Assembly: GCA_021842405.1 (NCBI GenBank)
Contig: JAKBZR010000007.1
Span: 1 to 59,431, forward strand
Source: a bacterium
GTDB taxonomy: Bacteria; Armatimonadota; Chthonomonadetes; Chthonomonadales; JAMCWF01
Direction: 5' to 3'
Length of the DNA: 59,431 nucleotides
Both the position numbers and the translations under genes were made by a program. The notes under the pieces were generated by a model, which searched no databases, was not told the origin of the DNA, and was given only the letters and a program-made list of their open reading frames with translations. This document shows, in pieces, positions 38,074 to 47,104 of the stretch (positions are counted from its first letter, which is position 1; each line of letters starts with the position of its first letter).

Positions 38074-38266
38074 GAGGTTGTTGAAAAGGTCGCTGAAGCC
38101 TGCCGCTTCGTCATTCCCGCATGGCTTCACTCCAGTGGAGTGGATGGCGGGAATCCAGTCCCAAGTCTACCGGCAGGCAAGAATGCTATTATTCTGGATT
38201 CCGGGTTCCGCTTTGCGGCCCCGGAAAGACGACCTTGTGGGCGTTATGGTACTTTTCAACATCCTC
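38074..38266. repeat. Family B TIR repeat element, copy B3
   Basis: GAGGTTGTTGAAAAG ... CTTTTCAACATCCTC. Contains GTCATTCCCGC...GCGGGAATCCAG and CTGGATTCC modules. Confidence 0.85.
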
Positions 38267-38366
38267 ATACGTATTCGCAAAGGTGATCTGCCCGAAAATC
38301 ACTCTCAAAGCCTTATTGTTCGCGAAGTGGGAGTATTTCTCCTGCCGAGAGGATTCATTTTGACGC

Positions 38367-39626
38367 CTACCCGTGTCCGATGTGCTCGATCTGGATGAGG
38401 GAAAGCGTCGGCTCAACGATGTGGAGATTGTTGAGCAGCGGCTCGGTGTATTGAATGTCGCCGTATTCCGACTGGTTGAAGTGGTGCTGTCGTCCCACGT
38501 GATTGTTCCAATCAACCCCTTCTGTCAAGAAACCGTGCGGCCCGTGATGGTGCTTTGCAATGGCGCGCAGAATGGTTTTTCCGCATTCCAGCCAGCGCAG
38601 ATCACCCCACTCCATAAAAGCCTCGAAATAGGCTTGGGCGCACTCCGCGTTTTCCCAGAGATAGGCGGTATCCCAGCTATCCTCCATATAGAGAAGACCT
38701 TTGGATGCCACATCGTTCCGATCCTCCACCATTTTAAAACGATCAAGGCCCTTCAGCGCATGATTAAAAGCGAAAGCGCGGTAAGCCGGCTCCTCCATCC
38801 ATTCCGACGCACGCACCAGCACCCGAAACGCAACGCCGTGAGCCACGCTTTCATCCGTATCGTAGGTATCGTGGTTGATGCTGCCGTAAATGCCGCCTTG
38901 TGCGAGGAAGTGATCCAGCATTCCCTTGGTCAACGGTGATAAGGGCGACCAGCCCAGCCGAAATAACTCGAGATCGAGCCATAGGAGGTATAGCCCGTCG
39001 GCGCTGCTATAGAGGAGCGGCTCCGGTCCGCCCTCCGCCCGGTAAGGATAGGGATCGCCCTCGCGGTCGCATCGCCGGGGGAACCATCCCGCCTCTGGCT
39101 TGAGATGTTTGAACAGCCAGTCGTGGGCGCCCAACGCGGCGCTCTTCAGCCGGTCACGACGCAGGTCACCGGCCGGCAGCGATTCGTAAAAGAGCGCCAG
39201 TTGGCGGGCGATATTGGCCATCGCTCCCGGACAAAACCAGTCGCGGTTGTGCTTGAAATTGTAGACGAAGCGCTCGGCGGCGGTGTCCAGGTAACCGGCG
39301 ATGAAGCCGTCTTCCTCCAAAAAGCCGTCCCGCAAAATATGGTCCAGCAGCCCGACCGCGACGTCGCGCAGCAGGCAGCTTTGATCGTAGTTTGCCCAGC
39401 GATACAGCTCCCAAGCCCCGCCCACCGCGTTAGCCGCCCAGCCCGGCCCCTCCAGCGTGCCGAAATCGTGCCATTCCATCGGCCGGCCCTCGACGTCCAC
39501 GAAGCTGGAGTGCGCCCTGCGAACCCCGTGCGTGGCATAGAGGCAGTAGTCGGCAAAGCGCACCGAGTCGCGCGCGCTGTCTAGGACGGTGTAATCCGGA
39601 TTCTCGTCGAGGTAAAATGATGCCAT
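38367..39626 (-). CDS. Hypothetical protein, possibly alpha/alpha six-hairpin glycosidase-like
   Basis: 419-aa ORF with GC-type codon usage and a GAGGTG RBS. Aromatic/acidic helical pattern; no family recognised with certainty. Confidence 0.6.
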   Translation of the reverse strand: MASFYLDENPDYTVLDSARDSVRFADYCLYATHGVRRAHSSFVDVEGRPMEWHDFGTLEGPGWAANAVGGAWELYRWANYDQSCLLRDVAVGLLDHILRDGFLEEDGFIAGYLDTAAERFVYNFKHNRDWFCPGAMANIARQLALFYESLPAGDLRRDRLKSAALGAHDWLFKHLKPEAGWFPRRCDREGDPYPYRAEGGPEPLLYSSADGLYLLWLDLELFRLGWSPLSPLTKGMLDHFLAQGGIYGSINHDTYDTDESVAHGVAFRVLVRASEWMEEPAYRAFAFNHALKGLDRFKMVEDRNDVASKGLLYMEDSWDTAYLWENAECAQAYFEAFMEWGDLRWLECGKTILRAIAKHHHGPHGFLTEGVDWNNHVGRQHHFNQSEYGDIQYTEPLLNNLHIVEPTLSLIQIEHIGHG

Positions 39627-39773
39627 GCTTCACCTCATCGGGCGATAATGATGTATATTTCACGTGATGAAGCGGGGTTTCCTGCACCGGTCTTTATCCG
39701 CCTGATGGCTTACAAGCAGCGGATGCCTTCAGCCGGTCAGTTGTGGTTCTTATAAGAATCATCAATCATCGAA

Positions 39774-39938
39774 GTGATTATTGAAAAACTAGATAAAGCA
39801 TACCGCTTCGTCATTCCCGCCTGCCTACCGCAGGCAGGCGAAAGCGGGAATCCAGTCCGATGCTGGTGTTCTGGATTCCATGTCCCGCTTCGCGGTCCCA
39901 GAATAACGACGTGGGGGTATTACAGACATTCAACACCA
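39774..39938. repeat. Family B TIR repeat element, copy B4, with a single micro-hairpin insert
   Basis: GATTATTGAAAAA ... TTCAACACC. Contains GTCATTCCCG[CCTGCCTACCGCAGGCAGG]CGAAAGCGGGAATCCAG. Confidence 0.82.
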
Positions 39939-39959
39939 ATATAAGGGACTTTCTCAAAT

Positions 39960-41243
39960 ATGGCAGTGATACGGCCGTTTTTTGCAACTCGATATAATCC
40001 AAACCAAGCGCCGCTCGAACGGGTGGTAGCGCCTCCCTACGACGTGATCAGCCCGAAAGAACAGGACGAGCTGTACGAGCTCAGCCCCTACAACTGCATT
40101 CGGCTGATCTTGAATCGGGAAGAAAAGGGTGATCAACCGGCCGGCCGGTACGAGCGTGCGGCGCATTTTTGGAATGAGTGGCGGCGAGTCGGTATCCTCA
40201 CTCAGGATGAGCAGCCGTCTTTCTATCTATACCAGCAGGAGTTCACCGATCCGCTCTGCGCTCGCCGACTCAGTAGAACCTGCCTGTATGCCGCTCTCCG
40301 ATTGGAGCCGTACTCGACCGGCACCGTAATTCCGCATGAGGAGACTCGCTCGCAAGCCAAGCAAGATCGCCTCTTGCTGATGAGGGCGATGAAAGCCAAC
40401 CCGGAACCTATCTTCGGCCTATACCAGGACGATAGCCTCTCCGTCGCCGGCTTAATCAACGGCTCTTCCTGCAATCTGATTCCGCTGGCCGATATCTCAT
40501 TTCAAGGCGAAAGGCACCGCCTTTTTCGCTTTCAATCCGAGGATTCCCAGCGACAGATCGTGGAGCGTTTCCAAGACAAGAAAATCTGGATCGCCGACGG
40601 CCACCATCGCTATGAAACCGCCCTCGCTTATCGGGATGAAGCTCGTTCGCCTACCTCTGATGGGGAACCGGATTATATCTTGATCGGATTGGTGGCATTA
40701 AACGATTCGGGGCTTGTGATCCATCCCACCCACCGTTTAGTTAAAAAGGTAAGCCCAGAGCGCCTCCGGAACTTGGCGGCCTCCCTCGATGACGATTTTA
40801 CTGTTACGCCGATCACCGAGCAATCGGCGCTCAATTATCCGATTGAGCGCCATCAGCTCATCTGCGCTTTACCGAACCGATGCCTGCTTCTCAGCTTGAA
40901 AGGAGATGATGCGGCGCATTATAACGATGCAGCGCACTCCCAGGCTTGGCGAAATCTGGATGTCGTCATCTTGCAAAGGCTGGTGCTGGAGAAGCGGTTG
41001 GGTATCCCAGCCGCCGCTTTAGCCACCACACCGGACATCGGATATACTCGAAGCCGGCAAGAGGCGCTGCAGGGGGTACAAAAAGGGGAGTTCCAGGCCG
41101 CCTTCCTGCTGCGCGAACCAACGGTGCAGGAGCTGCAGGGGGTAGCGGTGAGCGGTGATAAGATGCCGCCCAAATCCACCTTCTTCTACCCTAAACTGCT
41201 CAGCGGCCTGGTGATGAGGTCGCTGCAATCATCGGAAAAGTAA
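39960..41243 (+). CDS. DUF1015 family protein
   Basis: Motifs PPYDVIS, PHEET, IADGHHRYETA, PTHR and MPPKSTFFYPKLLSGL. Confidence 0.92.
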   Translation: MAVIRPFFATRYNPNQAPLERVVAPPYDVISPKEQDELYELSPYNCIRLILNREEKGDQPAGRYERAAHFWNEWRRVGILTQDEQPSFYLYQQEFTDPLCARRLSRTCLYAALRLEPYSTGTVIPHEETRSQAKQDRLLLMRAMKANPEPIFGLYQDDSLSVAGLINGSSCNLIPLADISFQGERHRLFRFQSEDSQRQIVERFQDKKIWIADGHHRYETALAYRDEARSPTSDGEPDYILIGLVALNDSGLVIHPTHRLVKKVSPERLRNLAASLDDDFTVTPITEQSALNYPIERHQLICALPNRCLLLSLKGDDAAHYNDAAHSQAWRNLDVVILQRLVLEKRLGIPAAALATTPDIGYTRSRQEALQGVQKGEFQAAFLLREPTVQELQGVAVSGDKMPPKSTFFYPKLLSGLVMRSLQSSEK

Positions 41244-41280
41244 GTTGAAAATAGAAACAGCGATCGCACCTTGAACGCAG

Positions 41281-41478
41281 ATGAAAAAGAACGATAGCCC
41301 GGCCTACTGCCAGCATTGCGGGGCGCTCGTCTATCCCGATACAAAGGAATGCCCTCAATGCCAACACTTTCCGGTCAAGCTGCATCGTTGCCCGAAATGC
41401 GCTCACATCCAGCCTCCGAATCAGGCCCGATGCGAACGCTGCGGCTGCCCGCTTCGTCCTGACGGGGATTTTCTTTAA
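41281..41478 (+). CDS. Small zinc-ribbon protein (four CxxC motifs)
   Basis: CQHCG, CPQC, CPKC and CERCG. Confidence 0.75.
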   Translation: MKKNDSPAYCQHCGALVYPDTKECPQCQHFPVKLHRCPKCAHIQPPNQARCERCGCPLRPDGDFL

Positions 41479-41534
41479 GTGACTGTTGACGCAAATTTGG
41501 AAGGAAAACGATATTAAACAAAGGTGGTTTATGC

Positions 41535-42836
41535 ATGACGCTCTCAACTCAAAAATCCAAAATGCTTTTCGAGCGCGCGTTGCGGGTCATTCCGGGCGGC
41601 GTGAATTCACCGGTGAGGGCATTTAAGACGGTCGGCGGTGACCCGCTCTTTATCGAGCGGGGTGAAGGCGCCTACCTCTGGGATGTGGATGGCAACCGAT
41701 ACCTCGATTGCTGCGGTTCCTGGGGGCCGCTCATCCTAGGCCACAGCCCGAGTGAGGTGGTGGCCGCATTGAGCGAGCGGATTGAAAACGGCACCACCTT
41801 CGGCGCCCCCACCGAGATTGAGATCGAGCTCGCCGAGATGGTGACCCGCTTTATGCCGACGATCCAAAAGCTGCGGCTCGTCTCTTCGGGCACTGAAGCG
41901 GTTATGAGCGCTCTTCGCCTGGCTCGTGCCGCAACCAACCGCTCGAAAATCGTTAAGTTCGAGGGCGGCTACCACGGACACTCCGATCATCTGCTGTCGA
42001 AGGCCGGATCGGGGCTGGCATCGCTGGGCATCCCCAACAGCGCCGGTGTGCCGGCTGCCATCACCGCCGATACCATCACGCTTCCCTATAATGACGTTCA
42101 GACGGTGGAAGCTCTCTTTCGAGCGGATGGAAATTCCATCGCCGCCGTGATCGTGGAGCCGATCGCCGGAAATATGGGTTGCGTTCCACCAAAACCGGAT
42201 TTCCTGCCCGCCCTTCGCCAGCTCACCGAGCGTACCCATTCGCTGCTTATCTTTGACGAGGTGATCACCGGCTTCCGAGTCGGGACGGGGGGCGCGCAGG
42301 CACTCTACCACGTCTCCGCAGACCTCACCACGCTGGGCAAAATTCTGGGCGGCGGCCTCCCGATCGGCGCCTACGGCGGCCGAGCCGACCTGATGGATCT
42401 GATCGCGCCCAGCGGGCCGGTCTATCAGGCCGGCACCTTGAGCGGTAACCCGTTGGCGGTTGCGGCCGGCATCGCCACATTGAAGGTACTCTCCGACCCA
42501 AAGGTTTATGAACGGCTGGAGCGGATGGGCAACCAGCTTGAAGCCGGATTGACCGCCGCCGCTGAGAGAGCTGAAACGCCGGTGCAGGTGAATCGGATGG
42601 GCTCTATGTTCTCCCTCTTTTTTACGAACCGGGCGGTCACCGATTACAGCAGCGCCAAGCGGTCGAATACGGCCGAATTCGCACGGTTCCACCGTAAGAT
42701 GCTGGAAAAGGGAGTCTACCTGCCGCCCTCCCAATTTGAAACCGCATTTCTCTCAGCCGCCATGACGAACTCCGATATGGTTCACATCATCGAGGCGGCG
42801 GAGTCATCTTTTCAATTCATCGCCCGTAAAGAATAG
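41535..42836 (+). CDS. hemL: Glutamate-1-semialdehyde 2,1-aminomutase
   Basis: Motifs IPGGVNSPVRAF, SSGTEA, YHGH, FDEVITGFR, GKILGGGLP, YQAGTLSGNP and PPSQFE. Confidence 0.97.
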   Translation: MTLSTQKSKMLFERALRVIPGGVNSPVRAFKTVGGDPLFIERGEGAYLWDVDGNRYLDCCGSWGPLILGHSPSEVVAALSERIENGTTFGAPTEIEIELAEMVTRFMPTIQKLRLVSSGTEAVMSALRLARAATNRSKIVKFEGGYHGHSDHLLSKAGSGLASLGIPNSAGVPAAITADTITLPYNDVQTVEALFRADGNSIAAVIVEPIAGNMGCVPPKPDFLPALRQLTERTHSLLIFDEVITGFRVGTGGAQALYHVSADLTTLGKILGGGLPIGAYGGRADLMDLIAPSGPVYQAGTLSGNPLAVAAGIATLKVLSDPKVYERLERMGNQLEAGLTAAAERAETPVQVNRMGSMFSLFFTNRAVTDYSSAKRSNTAEFARFHRKMLEKGVYLPPSQFETAFLSAAMTNSDMVHIIEAAESSFQFIARKE

Positions 42837-42847
42837 CGGCCGGACGA

Positions 42848-43034
42848 AAGAGTTCAGTTCCCTGGGCAATTTAAGCAGGAGGTTCTCACTGTCTGTCTGC
42901 CGCCAGGCAGACAACTCTTTTCCCAATCCTGAGAGAGGACTGGTGAAGGAGATTGCTTCGCTTCGCTCGCAATGACACCCTCCCCGCTTGCGGGGAGGGC
43001 TGGGGTGGGGGGGCTTCCCGCCAAACTGAACTCT
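42848..43034. repeat. Family A TIR repeat element, copy A5
   Basis: AAGAGTTCAGTTCCCTGGGCAATTT ... AAACTGAACTCT. The interior includes the reverse complement of the A2 modules. Confidence 0.88.
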
Positions 43035-43062
43035 CTCTTGCACCGGCGTTTCGTGTGGTTTT

Positions 43063-43146
43063 TTGATGAGGCAACGTATCCTTTTCCTTTAGATTCTTGA
43101 TGAGGCAATTCGACCGGTTGACTTCTGACTCTTTTCGGTCTAAAAT
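43063..43146 (+). promoter_or_regulatory. Promoter of the ParA-containing operon with two upstream 12-bp direct repeats
   Basis: TTGACT (43118)-17 bp-TAAAAT (43141). TTGATGAGGCAA occurs at 43063 and 43097. Confidence 0.65.
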
Positions 43147-43184
43147 AAGCAGTGATATTTTCCCCTCGACATCAGGAGCTTTAG

Positions 43185-44033
43185 GTGGCCGATAACTTAT
43201 TTCAATTTGAAGAGGCGTTTGCTGACTTGGAGATTGGCGCCACCAGCAGCTTCCTTAAAACCGGCGCTTTGCGATCCACCATCATCGCCATCTCGGAAGA
43301 GGGCGTCTACCAGCCCATCTTGCTGGATTTTGGAGCGACCTCCAATCCCGATGAGGTGTTTGAAGAGGCGAGGCGCTATTTGATCCGAAGCCACCATCCG
43401 ACCGCCTACGGGTTCATCAGCCAGGCATGGAGTTACGGGATGGATCAACCGACCATTTCCTTCGTCTACGATGACCGGCAGAAATTGCAAAACGAGATCA
43501 TCATACTGGTGCTGTGGGCACAATCCGGTGAATCGAGAGGGATGGCCTTTCCGGTAAGGAGAAAGGGCGAGACGATCTCCTTCGACCGTCCCTGGAAGCC
43601 GGACCACGGCCCGGTTATACTCTGCCCGATCGGCGATATCTGGCGAAACCCCCTCTGCGTTGGCGATCTGGTGCGGACTCGACCGGGCATGCGACGGCTG
43701 GTTGAGCCTGGCACCGAGCTATGGGAGACCCTGATCGCCCTCATCCGTCTAAGAATCCATGGTGATCAAGCGCACGCGTCCGAATATCAGCAGTGTCTGG
43801 ACGACATTCGCAACAGTATCTATATCGTTCACGGCCGGGATCGCTTCCATTCCGGACGCCTAATTCTGCGACCGCGCACCCTATTTAATCCGCTCGGATT
43901 TTTAGTCGGCGAGGCCGACTCGCTGATTCTTTTACAAGAAGGAGAAGGAACGCCAGGAGCCATACGGCATGGGGTTTTGGCCGACGAGTTGCACCATCCG
44001 AATCTGCCGGCAGGAGCCGCTAGCAGCCGATGA
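43185..44033 (+). CDS. Hypothetical protein upstream of parA
   Basis: AGGAG RBS and GTG start. ATGA overlap with parA. No family recognised. Confidence 0.75.
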   Translation: MADNLFQFEEAFADLEIGATSSFLKTGALRSTIIAISEEGVYQPILLDFGATSNPDEVFEEARRYLIRSHHPTAYGFISQAWSYGMDQPTISFVYDDRQKLQNEIIILVLWAQSGESRGMAFPVRRKGETISFDRPWKPDHGPVILCPIGDIWRNPLCVGDLVRTRPGMRRLVEPGTELWETLIALIRLRIHGDQAHASEYQQCLDDIRNSIYIVHGRDRFHSGRLILRPRTLFNPLGFLVGEADSLILLQEGEGTPGAIRHGVLADELHHPNLPAGAASSR

Positions 44034-44812
44034 AAATAATCGCGGTTGTTAATCAAAAGGGAGGCGTCGCCAAAACAACCACCTGTGCCAACCTGGGGGC
44101 GGCGCTGGCCATTCGGGGTAAGAAGGTGCTGTTGATTGACCTGGACCCTCAAGCGAACTTGACGATGGGGCTTGGCGTCGAATGGTATCATCTTGAGAAG
44201 GCAATCCACTCCACCCTGCTGGATCCCGATCAGGCGCCGATCGCCTCAATCGTTCATCAGATTGACGAAATTAACCTTTTCCTGGCGCCGGGCCATTTGG
44301 ATCTGGCCAAGTGCGAGCGGCTTCTCCTGCCGGCGCCCGGACGCGAATATCGGCTCCGCAACGCCTTGGAGGCGGTGGATGGCGTGTATGATTACGTTTT
44401 TATAGATTGCCCGCCTTCGCTGGGCACGCTCACCACCAACGGTATCGTGGGCAGCAGCGACCTGCTGATACCGATTGAGCCGAAATTTTACGCTTTCGCC
44501 GGCATGAGCACCCTGAACGAAATGATCGCTGATCTCGCCAAAAGCCTGCGGATACATGTGGACCTATTTGGGGTGCTACTCACCATGTATGAGCGCAACA
44601 CCCGCCTGCACGGAATGGTTGCTGAAGAGATCCGAGAGCGTTTTGGGGGGAAAGTTTTTCGCACCATCATCTATAAAAATGTGAAATTATCGGAGGCGGA
44701 AGGAGAGGGGAAGCCGATCGTGCTGTACGACCCTCGCGCGCCGGCGGCCCAAAACTATATGGAGCTGGCCGAAGAGATTTTAGCCAATGGCCGACAAAAC
44801 ACAGTCACTTAG
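44030..44812 (+). CDS. ParA/Soj family ATPase
   Basis: Deviant Walker A NQKGGVAKTT, plus LIDLDPQANLT, IDCPPSLG and LSEA. Confidence 0.95.
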   Translation: MKIIAVVNQKGGVAKTTTCANLGAALAIRGKKVLLIDLDPQANLTMGLGVEWYHLEKAIHSTLLDPDQAPIASIVHQIDEINLFLAPGHLDLAKCERLLLPAPGREYRLRNALEAVDGVYDYVFIDCPPSLGTLTTNGIVGSSDLLIPIEPKFYAFAGMSTLNEMIADLAKSLRIHVDLFGVLLTMYERNTRLHGMVAEEIRERFGGKVFRTIIYKNVKLSEAEGEGKPIVLYDPRAPAAQNYMELAEEILANGRQNTVT

Positions 44813-45296
44813 AGAGAAATTACGAGCGCGGACCCAATCTTTCCGGTTCGACGCCCTGCTGCAAAACGGGGAGGCAACAGCCGAAGGGGAAAGCGCCGCC
44901 GGCACCGCTTCCACACCAGCGGGCGCCGAGCCGTCCAGCGCGCTGGTCGCACTCATCGAACGCCTCGGCGAGGAAATCGGGGGGCTGCGCGCCTACCTTC
45001 AAGTCGGCGATCCGCAGGAGGCGGGCGTCTACCTGGCCAGACTGAACTACACTTTGAGCTCACTCAATCGGCTCGACCCTTACGGCGAGCAGGGACGAAA
45101 GTCGAACGTTACGCTGCCGGCCGGTGGGTGGCCCCTACCGGTATGGACGCAGGTCGAATTGCTCTCATCGCCGCTGGCGATCTATCTGCCGCCCACGTGC
45201 GGTGAAGAGCTGATCCGCGAGTTGCTTCGAAGTGCCTGGGGCGTCTTTCATACCGCACAACCGGAACGGCCGGAGCCCGCACCGCCGGCATCATGA
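44787..45296 (+). CDS. Hypothetical protein, candidate ParA partner
   Basis: Overlaps the parA 3' end. Basic N-terminus (LREKLRAR...RFDALL), a low-complexity linker and a helical C-terminal region. Confidence 0.7.
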   Translation: MADKTQSLREKLRARTQSFRFDALLQNGEATAEGESAAGTASTPAGAEPSSALVALIERLGEEIGGLRAYLQVGDPQEAGVYLARLNYTLSSLNRLDPYGEQGRKSNVTLPAGGWPLPVWTQVELLSSPLAIYLPPTCGEELIRELLRSAWGVFHTAQPERPEPAPPAS

Positions 45297-45338
45297 GCGG
45301 CCATTTTCAGCGGCGATTACACAATAGCGATAAGCCAG

Positions 45339-45677
45339 GTGATTCAACCACCCCGATACGACCTTTACCAGCCGATCTATGATTTCGTGCGCCGCGTGCC
45401 CTACGGTCGGGTGGTGAGCTATGGTCAGGTAGCCGATTGGGTGACTGAGGTTCGCTTCACGCCGCGGCAGGTAGGCGTCGCGATGTCGGTCTGTCCGCTG
45501 GATGTTCCCTGGCAGCGGGTGGTCGGTTCGGATGGGCGGCTGTTGATCGCGAAAAGAAATCCGGCGATGGCGGTTCAGCAGCGCCAAAAGCTTGAGGCGG
45601 AGGGGGTCGGGTTTACGGAAGACGGCCGGGTGGACATAGAGCGATACCGGTGGTTGATATATGAAAAGGAGGGATAA
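45339..45677 (+). CDS. Alkyltransferase-like (ATL/MGMT family) DNA-binding protein
   Basis: Motifs VPYGRVVSYGQVA, PRQVG, VPWQRVV (Trp in place of the catalytic Cys) and QKLEAEGV. Confidence 0.9.
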   Translation: MIQPPRYDLYQPIYDFVRRVPYGRVVSYGQVADWVTEVRFTPRQVGVAMSVCPLDVPWQRVVGSDGRLLIAKRNPAMAVQQRQKLEAEGVGFTEDGRVDIERYRWLIYEKEG

Positions 45678-45679
45678 CG

Positions 45680-46684
45680 ATGCAAGAGCTTTCCTTTGAT
45701 CCACAGCGACTCCCCAAGCATTTACAACGCACCATCAGCACGTTATACGAGAATGGGCAATCACCAAATGGATGCTTATTGCCGAATAACGTTTATCAAG
45801 GTGACGCACGCATATTGTTGCCAAAGATTGACCCGAACAGTGTTGCGTTGAGCGTCTGGTCCCCTCCATATTTTGTTGGAAAGAGTTATGAATCCCATAT
45901 ATCCTTTGAGGAATGGCAAGATTTACTGAGTTCGGTCATCGCCCTTCACTTCCCGATCATTAAGCCCGGCGGTTTTCTTGCAATCAATATCGCAGACATT
46001 CTCTGTTATCGTGATGATTCGATGCCTCGTATCCAAGCAGAAGCAGCCAATCGTCGTAAATCGAAAGTCACCAGAGAGGATGTACTGCGCACCATAAAAG
46101 AGCATCCGGAGGCGAATCGGTATCAATTAGCGACCTTACTCGGGTGTAGTGAGCAGACGATTGATCGGCGTTTACATGGAAACAACATCCGCGGCGGTAA
46201 ATATGAAACTCAGACCCGAGTTAAGATTGTTGGAGGAATGGTGGAGACATGGGCATTGGAGGCCGGTTTCTATCCTTATGATCGACGAGTATGGGTTAAA
46301 GACGCGGCCTGGGAGAATTCTCGCTGGGCAAGCCTTTCATATCGGGCGGTTGATGAATTTGAATATATCTATATATTCTGGAAGCCTGGCATCACCAAGT
46401 ATGACCGAAACCGATTAACTATGGATGAATGGAAGAATTGGGGATCGCGCGGGGTTTGGACATTCCCTTCGGTCCGTGCAAATGATGATCATGAAGCTAA
46501 GTTTCCCATTGAATTGCCCCGGAGATTAATACGTCTACTTACTGAACCGGATGAGATAGTTTTGGATTGTTTTCTTGGGAGCGGGACATCTGCACTTGCG
46601 GCCATTCGAGAAGGACGGCGCTACATCGGCATCGAACTAGAAGAACGATATATTCGACTAGCAAAGCAACAACTATTTTTGTAA
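45680..46684 (+). CDS. Beta-class N4-C/N6-A DNA methyltransferase with an internal HTH (SfiI/BglI-type suspected)
   Basis: Motif IV WSPPY precedes motif I LDCFLGSGTS, with HEAKFP between. HTH-like NRYQLATLLGCSEQTIDRRL. AT-richer than its neighbours. Confidence 0.88.
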   Translation: MQELSFDPQRLPKHLQRTISTLYENGQSPNGCLLPNNVYQGDARILLPKIDPNSVALSVWSPPYFVGKSYESHISFEEWQDLLSSVIALHFPIIKPGGFLAINIADILCYRDDSMPRIQAEAANRRKSKVTREDVLRTIKEHPEANRYQLATLLGCSEQTIDRRLHGNNIRGGKYETQTRVKIVGGMVETWALEAGFYPYDRRVWVKDAAWENSRWASLSYRAVDEFEYIYIFWKPGITKYDRNRLTMDEWKNWGSRGVWTFPSVRANDDHEAKFPIELPRRLIRLLTEPDEIVLDCFLGSGTSALAAIREGRRYIGIELEERYIRLAKQQLFL

Positions 46685-46932
46685 AATATAATTACAAAGA
46701 TAATGGCTCTCATCAATTAATTAATATCACGGTAGCGGTTGTCCCCAATGGATTGTTGCAAGAACGGTATAATCCTACTCATCGCGAATCGATCTGGCTG
46801 GCAGGGCGTAATTCACCATCACGTGGAGAGGAATTCCGTGTTCGATTGAGTTTCGCTCATCTTAGAGAAAAAGCCGCTTGGCGAGTGCAAATAATTCCTA
46901 TGACTCCAAACCAATATATATGGGTTGAGTAA
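46666..46932 (+). pseudogene. C-terminal remnant of an SfiI-subtype type II restriction endonuclease
   Basis: TTIFVKYNY...VPNGLLQERYNP...WLAGRNSPSRGEEFRVRLSF..L.EKAAWRVQ resembles the SfiI/BglI C-terminus as recalled. No credible start of its own; overlaps the MTase end in another frame. Confidence 0.7.
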
Positions 46933-47104
46933 TCACCCTAAGGCTTCAAGTATTTTACATTTAAGGGATAATGTCGTTAATGCAGTAGTGCAATTGATAT
47001 GACAATTTTAATCCCAAATATATGTTGGTTATGAGCAGCTAATCAGATGATCGGTGAAATTTGATGTATGTTCAAATATACAGTATATCTACAAGAGGAG
47101 AGTT

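Noticed and set aside
46567-46665. Start of an independent 121-aa ORF
   Set aside because: These codons are an alternative frame of the MTase motif I region. Only the part from about 46666 looks protein-like.
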